The notes under the pieces were generated by a model. It was not told where the DNA came from. It ran no database searches and was given only the letters and a program-made list of their open reading frames with translations. Made by a program: the position numbers and the translations under genes. From positions 1 to 30,233 of IMG/VR virus record IMGVR_UViG_3300014822_000084: DNA of 30,233 nt. The stretch is one strand, 5' to 3'. Positions 8,516 through 15,396 of the stretch are shown here, piece by piece. This DNA comes from a virus (Duplodnaviria; Caudoviricetes). Within the stretch, counting starts at the first letter, position 1. Each line of letters opens with the position of its first letter.

Positions 8516-9076
8516 TTAGTCAACAGGCATTGTGCATTTAGCAGCCAATTGAATCAACCAACTGGCGAAAAGAACAGGCGTGGCTTCACGTTGTTTTTTT
8601 GAACACGTTTCTACTGTTTTGATTGGATTTTCATACCTAACTGGCATTAATGGCGGAATATCAAGCCGAGATACACCCACAATATACAGCCCAGTTAATT
8701 TATGAGCCAAGTGACCGTAATCAAATTGATTAAGCAATAGTGTAAAGCCCCCGTATTTATCAACCAATAAAGAGCCAGGTGAAGGGCAATTCGCAGCAAC
8801 CCACAATTTTGAATCATAGGGATGCTCAACAACACCTCCATATTTTCTTACATAATCAACAGCAAAAAGAGCCAAGTCACGTTCAGATTTTGGCGCAATC
8901 GACAATGGAGATAAACGACTCCACAAGCGGCAAGGGGGGTGGCAAACAGCAGGCAGATTCTTGTCACACGAAAGAGCATCACGCTCTTTATCGTAACAAT
9001 GATCAAGCGGCAACATCTTTTTATATACGCTATGTTTTCTAACAAACAGTGCAACTACATTATTAACCCCAATCAT
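8516..9076 (-). CDS. Compact C5-cytosine methyltransferase-like protein
   Basis: CHPPC (catalytic PC), VVEHP (ENV-equivalent) and Q..YGH...K.T.LY; the SAM-binding motif is atypical. Confidence 0.55.
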   Translation of the reverse strand: MIGVNNVVALFVRKHSVYKKMLPLDHCYDKERDALSCDKNLPAVCHPPCRLWSRLSPLSIAPKSERDLALFAVDYVRKYGGVVEHPYDSKLWVAANCPSPGSLLVDKYGGFTLLLNQFDYGHLAHKLTGLYIVGVSRLDIPPLMPVRYENPIKTVETCSKKQREATPVLFASWLIQLAAKCTMPVD

Positions 9077-9097
9077 GTCTACAATAATAGCATAAAA

Positions 9098-9723
9098 AGG
9101 GGGAAAGCCTTCCCCCTGCCTTCAAAGCTACGCTTTTCAGGTCACCCCCTTCAAGCGGGGACACCCCGCAACGCCCCGAATAAGGAAGCCGTTGGGGTGG
9201 CAAACAGCCGCCACCCCAACGGATTAAATAACGCTCCGCCGGAAAACAACCCCGGCAGAGCTAACAGCGCCGTTAATAATCCGGCGGCGGGCGAATCGCC
9301 GCCGGATTATTAATAAGAAGATTAATCAAAACGAGGCAAAAAGCCGCCACTGTTTTGATTAATCTCGCCCGCAAAAAAAAAGCCTTTGCGGGACGACTTT
9401 ATTAAAGTTGGGGGAAACCCCCAAACCCCTGAACGTATGGATAAAAATTGGCATGAAACAGCCCATGCCAATTTTTGCATAATGCCCCTGCCCAATTACT
9501 TCGTAAATTGGGCATCGCCAGGGGCATTATGGGACGCAGCCTAGGCCTACGGCCGCGTTTGCCGGAGTAAGAATAAATAAGAACCTGAACGCAAGCCCTA
9601 CGGGTTGTCAAGGGCAAGTGGCATTTTGAAAAGTTGGCAAACAGCCGCCAACTTTTCAAAACCCTTGACAACGTTCAGAACCTTATTTTTTTATCCGGCA
9701 AGCAAACGCGGTCATGGGGCTGC
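9098..9723. other. Non-coding hairpin array with a shared loop motif (structured RNA or ssDNA element)
   Basis: About 11 consecutive inverted repeats; seven have loops AAACAGCC, A(n)GCC or AAAACAACC. Confidence 0.7.
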
Positions 9724-9945
9724 TACGAAAATTAAAACAACGAACACGACACCCAGATCACGCGCACATTTACAACTTAATAACGGGATAGGCCGGACAC
9801 CTAACGGACGGCAGGCCGCACAGCCTAAACTTTGCCGAGTGAGCCAAGAGAAGATCGGGACAAGCAACGGGAGAACCCACCGCCGAGACGATCAGCCACA
9901 GCAAAGAGTGAATTTTACCAATCAACTAGCAAGGAGAAGCTAACG

Positions 9946-10206
9946 ATGCACGAAGAAATCATCGACAATTATTTATATGAGCTTGAAATGATGGAATACC
10001 ACGAAAACAGGAGAGAGGAAACAATGAGCATGACCGATGCAGTAATTGAAGCAATCGACGCAATGAGCAATCAAGACCGATATGAGCTTTTAGCGTATTT
10101 TGGCTTGAAAATAGAGCATACACCACACTACACCTTAATGACGTATGCGCTAACCCTTGCCACGCTGGACGAGCTAACCCTGATCATTGACACTGTAAAA
10201 AGCTAA
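9946..10206 (+). CDS. Hypothetical early protein
   Basis: AAGGAG at 9931 precedes ATG 9946, in frame with ORF 9832. Confidence 0.7.
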   Translation: MHEEIIDNYLYELEMMEYHENRREETMSMTDAVIEAIDAMSNQDRYELLAYFGLKIEHTPHYTLMTYALTLATLDELTLIIDTVKS

Positions 10207-10280
10207 CCCAACCGCACACGGCCGACGCACACCCAGACCCACCGCGCCGGCCGTGCTGCACCATTAAGGAGAATTAAACC
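10207..10280 (+). repeat. Intergenic hairpin+RBS repeat, copy 1
   Basis: aaccgcacacggccgacgcacacccagacccaccgcgccggccgtgctgcaccattaaggagaattaaacc followed by ATG. Confidence 0.95.
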
Positions 10281-10703
10281 ATGACTTACCAAATCGACTT
10301 GAACAAAAGCCCTTACCACATCACAGAGATAAGAAAAGAGACCACAAAGAGCGGTAAAACTGTTTTTAATTGCTATCACCCCCCCCTTGATTATCCACTG
10401 TTACAAATCTTTGATCCCGTTATTCTTGCAGCCGCAGGAATTGACCCAAACCGTGATCAGATTTTTACCGACCTTTTGATCCACTGGACGGAAGGCGAGA
10501 AAGTGAACCAACACGGCAACCCCTACAAAAACGCAACCCGCGTAGAGAACCGGCAGCCTGAACGAGCAACGGCAGCCATAGAACAGATCGCCAAAGAGTT
10601 GCAAACGTTACGCGAGCTTGTTACATATTTGGCAGAGACCAACGGAGGCCGGGAGACACTGATCAAATGGTACAAAAGCCGAAAGGAGACCGGGAAACGA
10701 TGA
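10281..10703 (+). CDS. Hypothetical protein
   Basis: Strong TAAGGAG RBS supplied by repeat copy 1. Confidence 0.85.
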   Translation: MTYQIDLNKSPYHITEIRKETTKSGKTVFNCYHPPLDYPLLQIFDPVILAAAGIDPNRDQIFTDLLIHWTEGEKVNQHGNPYKNATRVENRQPERATAAIEQIAKELQTLRELVTYLAETNGGRETLIKWYKSRKETGKR

Positions 10704-10924
10704 ACCGCCAAAAAATGGAAAAATGGCTTGCGATGGAGAGAGTGAGCAGCGCAAGCCGTGAGCAATTAATCAAATATATGAAGGAATTTAAGATTGACAG
10801 ATTTTTAATTGCTAAATTTGAGCGGGAAGAAATGAAACCGCACGACGTAACCCGCGCCCACAGACTGATCAATAAACACCTAGAAGCGAGTGACCAAGCC
10901 GTCACATTTGTTCTATTAAACTAA
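10700..10924 (+). CDS. Hypothetical protein
   Basis: ATGA overlap with the upstream stop; AAGGAG upstream. Confidence 0.7.
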   Translation: MNRQKMEKWLAMERVSSASREQLIKYMKEFKIDRFLIAKFEREEMKPHDVTRAHRLINKHLEASDQAVTFVLLN

Positions 10925-10997
10925 CAACCGCACACGGCCGACGCACACCCGGACCCACCCGCGCCGGCCGTGCTGCACCATTAAGGAGAGTTAAACC
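10925..10997 (+). repeat. Intergenic hairpin+RBS repeat, copy 2
   Basis: Near identical to copy 1; identity continues into ATGACTTAC. Confidence 0.95.
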
Positions 10998-11504
10998 ATG
11001 ACTTACTTTTCAAATTGTCAGACAGTAGCCGAGATCAAGAAAATCTACCGCCAGCTTGCAATGGACAACCACCCAGACCGGGGGGGATCAAACGCCAAAA
11101 TGCAAGCAATCAATGAGGCCTATCATAAGGCCTTGAAATCTTTCCACAAGAAAGAAATGCAAGGCCATACTTACTATTACAACAAAGCACACGAACAAGC
11201 GATCATGGACATGATCGCAAAACTGAAAAAAGCGACTTTCCCCGAAGGCGTTAACATTGCGCTTATTGGAAAATGGTTATGGATCACCGGAACACAAAAG
11301 GGAGACGGAACAAGAGAAACATTGAAAGAATTAAACACAGAGGAAGCCCGCTGGAAGTGGCACAGCAAGCGCAAGGCGTGGTACTGGAAGCCGACCCAAT
11401 GGAGCGGGAAGGCGCATAAGGGCAGCCTAGAAGAGATCGCCGCTAAATATGGCGAGAACATGATCGACACGCCCCGCAAAAAACCGGCAGCCCTGAACGC
11501 ATAA
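10998..11504 (+). CDS. J-domain (DnaJ-like) protein with a Trp-rich C-terminal domain
   Basis: EIKKIYRQLAMDNHPDRGG...MQAINEAY with an intact HPD motif; C-terminal IGKWLWITG and WHSKRKAWYW. Confidence 0.88.
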   Translation: MTYFSNCQTVAEIKKIYRQLAMDNHPDRGGSNAKMQAINEAYHKALKSFHKKEMQGHTYYYNKAHEQAIMDMIAKLKKATFPEGVNIALIGKWLWITGTQKGDGTRETLKELNTEEARWKWHSKRKAWYWKPTQWSGKAHKGSLEEIAAKYGENMIDTPRKKPAALNA

Positions 11505-11570
11505 AAACAGAAACGGCCGACGCACACCCAGAAGCCGCCGACCGTTTCACCAGTTAAGGAGAATTAACCG
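11505..11570 (+). repeat. Intergenic hairpin+RBS repeat, copy 3 (divergent)
   Basis: Keeps acggccgacgcacacccaga and ttaaggagaattaacc; the stem ends are changed to gaaacgg/ccgtttc. Confidence 0.85.
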
Positions 11571-12017
11571 ATGACCCATAATAACATGATCCCCCGCACC
11601 ATTGCAAACGCTAAAGGCGTGATTGCAGACAATCAGCAGAAGATCGCCCGAATCAAACACCAAAACACCCGCACCGAACTGGAAAAGCGAGCAAACAAAG
11701 CCTTTGCAATAATCCAGACCGGCCGGATTGAGGAAGCACACGAATACACCGGCCGCGAACGCGACGAGAACGGCCGCAACTGGCATACATACACTGCCGC
11801 CCGTGCTATCGGTACAAAAGGCACATGCTACACAATCACGCTATGGATACCAGACGCGGACGATTATGAGCTAGCCGCACCCTTGCCCCCGATCCGCTAT
11901 ACTTGCACATGCCCAGATCGCCGCGCACCACTTATTAAAGGTACAAAATACTGCAAGCACGTGATCGCAGCCAAAACACTAAAAACCGCAAGGAGAAAAG
12001 CATATGGCACAAATTAA
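11571..12017 (+). CDS. SWIM zinc-finger protein
   Basis: YTCTCPD...YCKHVIAA (CxC-n-CxH). Confidence 0.85.
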   Translation: MTHNNMIPRTIANAKGVIADNQQKIARIKHQNTRTELEKRANKAFAIIQTGRIEEAHEYTGRERDENGRNWHTYTAARAIGTKGTCYTITLWIPDADDYELAAPLPPIRYTCTCPDRRAPLIKGTKYCKHVIAAKTLKTARRKAYGTN

Positions 12018-12306
12018 ATTTTGCCCGGTCTGTGATGACCCCTTTGAGGGGAGATCAGACGCTATTTTTTGTTCCCCAAAATGCCGGACGAAGGCGCACC
12101 GGCAGAAAAAACGGGAGGAAAAAGCCAAACAATGGCTTGATCAGACGACACCAGAGATCAGAGAAGATTTTTACTTGATCCGTAATTACTCAGACTATGC
12201 CGCTCGACTGATTGAAATAATTTCAGAGAAACACGGCAGAGAAGCCGCCGAGCTTGCCACCGTAGCCGGCCGCGCCATCATTGACGAGAAATTAATTTTG
12301 AGATAA
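12004..12306 (+). CDS. Zn-ribbon protein
   Basis: CPVCDDPF...AIFCSPKCR; AAGGAG RBS. Confidence 0.8.
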   Translation: MAQIKFCPVCDDPFEGRSDAIFCSPKCRTKAHRQKKREEKAKQWLDQTTPEIREDFYLIRNYSDYAARLIEIISEKHGREAAELATVAGRAIIDEKLILR

Positions 12307-12382
12307 ACCCAACCGCGCACGGCCGACGCACACCCAGACCCACCCGCGCCGGCCGTGCTGCACCATTAAGGAGAGTTAAACC
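12307..12382 (+). repeat. Intergenic hairpin+RBS repeat, copy 4
   Basis: Near identical to copies 1 and 2. Confidence 0.95.
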
Positions 12383-12997
12383 ATGACAAACCACGAACAC
12401 AAAGCAGACTTGATCGCCGAGAAGTTGACAGAAATCACCGGCAGCCAGTGGGAACAAGTCCCCCCAGAGGAAAACAGCCCCCACGCATGGGTTAAGGTGA
12501 TAACAAACGGGAATTTGACGCTTTTCCTGAATTTTGACGCATACGAAAACAGAGGAAAGGAAATGATCAAGGTGAGCGGGAAATACCGAACCCCCGCAGA
12601 CTACCCGCAGCCAATGATCGACATACCCGGCCCCGTCAACATATCCCAAAACAAAACACCCGATCGGATTGCCCGCGATATTATTAGAAGATACCTGAAA
12701 CAATACGAAAAGGCGGAAGCAAAAAACCGACATTTGATCAGCCAACACGAGGCCAAACTAGCCCGGCAGCGTGAGATCGAGACTTTGATCCAAATGAGCC
12801 TACCCAATTCCCACTTTGCCCAAATGCCCGGAGGATCAGACCGGCACATAACCGCCGGGAAATATGGCGGAACAATGATCCGGATTGAACCGAATCACCG
12901 AAAAGACGGAACAAAGGCAACTGTGATCTTGACCAACGTTGAGCAAGATCGCTTGTTTGAGCTTTTGGCCGTTATGCGCGGCATCTTTTCATTTTGA
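12383..12997 (+). CDS. Hypothetical protein
   Basis: 204 aa; RBS supplied by repeat copy 4. Confidence 0.85.
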   Translation: MTNHEHKADLIAEKLTEITGSQWEQVPPEENSPHAWVKVITNGNLTLFLNFDAYENRGKEMIKVSGKYRTPADYPQPMIDIPGPVNISQNKTPDRIARDIIRRYLKQYEKAEAKNRHLISQHEAKLARQREIETLIQMSLPNSHFAQMPGGSDRHITAGKYGGTMIRIEPNHRKDGTKATVILTNVEQDRLFELLAVMRGIFSF

Positions 12998-13001
12998 GGC
13001 C

Positions 13002-13043
13002 AAAATCCCCCGCTTGGCAGTAGCCAGGTGGGGGATTTTTTTT
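13002..13043 (+). terminator. Intrinsic terminator
   Basis: GC-rich stem with G-U pairs followed by T8, directly after the stop at 12997. Confidence 0.85.
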
Positions 13044-13190
13044 GTTGGGGAAAAGGGGGCGCACCCCCTTTTCCCCAAGCCCCATATCCCCCTGCCCCTT
13101 GGGGGAGATTAGGGGGATAATCCCCCTTTCCCCCAAACCCCCTTCACCCCGTACATGGGACGGTCACATGATCCAGTTTCATTTATTTAG

Positions 13191-13219
13191 TTGACAATAC
13201 AAGCTAGATGTGCTAATGT
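13191..13219 (+). promoter_or_regulatory. Sigma70-type promoter
   Basis: TTGACA-17bp-TAATGT with an extended -10 TGn. Confidence 0.65.
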
Positions 13220-13267
13220 ATTAACAGTGCGGAGCGCACAACATTCTATTCAGTAAGGAGAATTAGC

Positions 13268-13393
13268 ATGTTATTAGACAGAACGACACAAGAAAGGCAG
13301 CATCCGGCCGCCGTAAAAAACGAATTGTGGGGGAACGTGAACCGGCGTGCATACAAAAACCGGCGTGCATACAAAGGGGGAGGGGATGAGTAA
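13268..13393 (+). CDS. 41-aa peptide with an 18-bp duplication (not in the ORF track)
   Basis: TAAGGAG RBS; MLLDRTTQERQHPAAVKNELWGNVNRRAYKNRRAYKGGGDE; duplication 13340-13357/13358-13375. Confidence 0.5.
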   Translation: MLLDRTTQERQHPAAVKNELWGNVNRRAYKNRRAYKGGGDE

Positions 13394-13994
13394 CACGACA
13401 GAGAAAATTATTAGGCTGCTTGAGGAGCAGCCCTATGCCGGATATGCCGAAATAGGTCGGGATGTTGGGGTAGGCCGTGAATATGTCCGGCGTGTGGCCG
13501 TTGAGCACGGCTTGACGCACGCAGCTAGAAAAGCGGCACAGGTTGAGGCAACACTCAAAAGACTAATCCAGAAAAACCTGATCAGATTTTTAGGCAGTAT
13601 CAGCGATGAAGAGCTGGCAAAGCATGTTGGTAGCCCAGTGGCCGCAGTCCGCGACTTGCGTAAGCGTTACGGGCTGGCCGGAACGGTAAAACTACCAATA
13701 GGTTGTAGAATCTGCGGGGTGAACCCGTATGCCGACGGTCTGTGTCGCGCTTGCTACGAGCGCGACCGGCGGAAGTCCGGGAGAGTGACCATACGTGTTC
13801 AAGTTGAAGATGAAGGGTTGTCTAGATATTTTGCAAAGCTTTTTGCAATCGTCCGCTTGGACGATGAGACGCTGGACATGGACGATGCGGCAAATGGCAT
13901 TATTGCTGCATTACAACAGGAATTTGAGCGAGCCGCATTTGAGTATGACGGCCGTGATCATGATGATATTTTAATATTCGTTTCGTTGGACTGA
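13386..13994 (+). CDS. HTH plus zinc-finger protein (probable regulator)
   Basis: YAEIGRDVGVGREYVRRV, a second HTH-like SDEELAKHVG...VRDLR, and CRICG...GLCRACY; GGAGG precedes ATG 13386. Confidence 0.75.
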   Translation: MSNTTEKIIRLLEEQPYAGYAEIGRDVGVGREYVRRVAVEHGLTHAARKAAQVEATLKRLIQKNLIRFLGSISDEELAKHVGSPVAAVRDLRKRYGLAGTVKLPIGCRICGVNPYADGLCRACYERDRRKSGRVTIRVQVEDEGLSRYFAKLFAIVRLDDETLDMDDAANGIIAALQQEFERAAFEYDGRDHDDILIFVSLD

Positions 13995-14016
13995 GTTTAG
14001 TTTAAGGAGAATTGCT

Positions 14017-14214
14017 ATGAAATTTTATGCTAATTTTATTGAAGCAGCGCGTTATGCACTGAAAAAAAATCTACCTTTATGGGACACGCACGACTTATCA
14101 TATAGATATGCCGTAGGGTATCCAACCATTGAGGATGAGGAAAATGAGACAGAATGGGAAGAAATTCCCGGCCATGTTCTCAAAACAGAGCTTGAAATGC
14201 ACGAAGGAGAATAG
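14017..14214 (+). CDS. Hypothetical protein
   Basis: TAAGGAG RBS. Confidence 0.75.
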   Translation: MKFYANFIEAARYALKKNLPLWDTHDLSYRYAVGYPTIEDEENETEWEEIPGHVLKTELEMHEGE

Positions 14215-14216
14215 CC

Positions 14217-14603
14217 GTGAGAATTAAAGTGAGCCGCTTAAACGAGGCGGATTTTTACGAGATAGTGAACAATGCACAGCACCTGTCCTGTGAAGTAAGC
14301 ATACCCCATATACTTGATCAAATTGGGGAATTGCTAGGCGTATTCATTGAGCAAAAGGATTATGAAGCTAGTTTAGTCGAGCTATGGCCTACATTCAAAG
14401 AGAATGACAAGAAAATACTGGCATCTATTTACGTACCCGACGACTTGATCGCGGACGAATACTGGATAATACAGCAAATGATACATGACCTTGAGGATGA
14501 GCGGAGCGAGCTTAGGGAGCGTATTGATCAAGTTGAAGAAGCATTAGGTAAGCTTAAGCTTGTAAAAGCAAGAAACCTGATAGCCTTGAGAGGTGGAAAA
14601 TGA
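14217..14603 (+). CDS. Hypothetical protein with a C-terminal coiled coil
   Basis: AAGGAG RBS precedes a GTG start. Confidence 0.75.
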   Translation: MRIKVSRLNEADFYEIVNNAQHLSCEVSIPHILDQIGELLGVFIEQKDYEASLVELWPTFKENDKKILASIYVPDDLIADEYWIIQQMIHDLEDERSELRERIDQVEEALGKLKLVKARNLIALRGGK

Positions 14604-14738
14604 CACATTACGTTATTCAGTATCGTTATTCAGTATTTAGATAAATATTCAAGCCCTCACATTGAAACCGTTGAGGCGAATAGTGTGAAAGGCGCAATGA
14701 TTGGGCAATACGACAACGCCCCGGAGGACTGCCGTTAG
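14600..14738 (+). pseudogene. Small gene frameshifted by a 13-bp tandem duplication
   Basis: cgttattcagtat occurs twice (14611-14636); removing one copy restores MTHYVIQYLDKYSSPHIETVEANSVKGAMIGQYDNAPEDCR. Confidence 0.5.
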
Positions 14739-14754
14739 GCAGTCCTTTTTTTTT
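14725..14754 (+). terminator. Intrinsic terminator
   Basis: aggactgcc-gtta-ggcagtcct followed by a T run. Confidence 0.88.
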
Positions 14755-14763
14755 GCCACTTTC

Positions 14764-14792
14764 TTGACTATAACAAACAATACCATCATAAT
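14764..14792 (+). promoter_or_regulatory. Sigma70-type promoter upstream of the terminase genes
   Basis: TTGACT-17bp-CATAAT. Confidence 0.6.
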
Positions 14793-14883
14793 GAAATCAT
14801 ATACCTGTCATTACTTCCCATAGTCACCAACGGGGAAAGGACAGGCGGACAAACCACAGAAAACTGAACAAAACGGCATACGA

Positions 14884-15396
14884 ATGGACGACAATACATA
14901 TAATGGGGAAGGGGCAGAATGGATGGAGGCAGTAAGCGGTCAGCTTGACCGTTTGCAAGGCCACTGGAAACAGAGGTCAACCATCCTAGCGATTCTAGCC
15001 GCCGAGGTGACCGGTCAGGCATGGGATAAAAAGGAATTTTGGGGGAGGAGTGACACGGCCGCACGTTCTACATACTACAAATGGACGGCGACAGACCCCG
15101 TATTTTCGGCAGTCCTACAGGCTTGCCGAACGGCCGTGCAGAATTGGCGCAGCGACCGCGCCTTAAAATCAATTGCAGAAGCACAATTAATTTTGCAAGA
15201 GGCAGGCCCAGAGGTGGCACGGCAACTAGTTGCATTGGCACTAGGCAGCCGGTCAGACCACGTGAAGGTGCAGGCCGCATTAGGCGCACTTGACCGGATG
15301 CACCCCGACACGGCCGCAAAACAAACCCACATGATTAGTCCCGACGTGATTAATGCCACGCTTCACCAAATTTACGGCGATGATGAAAGCGAGTAG
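14884..15396 (+). CDS. terS: Terminase small subunit (putative)
   Basis: HTH-like ARSTYYKW...DPVF; overlaps the start of terL. Confidence 0.7.
   Translation: MDDNTYNGEGAEWMEAVSGQLDRLQGHWKQRSTILAILAAEVTGQAWDKKEFWGRSDTAARSTYYKWTATDPVFSAVLQACRTAVQNWRSDRALKSIAEAQLILQEAGPEVARQLVALALGSRSDHVKVQAALGALDRMHPDTAAKQTHMISPDVINATLHQIYGDDESE

Noticed and set aside
8936-9208. 15-nt match ggggtggcaaacagc between the MTase-like gene (8936-8950) and a hairpin (9194-9208) as an antisense target
   Set aside because: It is a single short match, about half of it buried in the stem, and chance cannot be excluded.
9665-9694. Conventional dsDNA sigma70 promoter at TTGACA 9665
   Set aside because: There is no convincing -10 hexamer at 16-18 bp spacing; it is kept only as part of the fold-back hypothesis.
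8939-9943. ORFs 8939-9313, 9402-9671 and 9605-9943 as genes
   Set aside because: No clear RBS, implausible composition, and they run across the hairpin array.
10202-12382. Cassette repeats as integron attC sites (CTAAC at the start of copies 1 and 2, GTTAAAC at the end of copies 2 and 4)
   Set aside because: The R boxes are not conserved in all copies and are not properly complementary, spacing around the stem is asymmetric, and there is no integron integrase.
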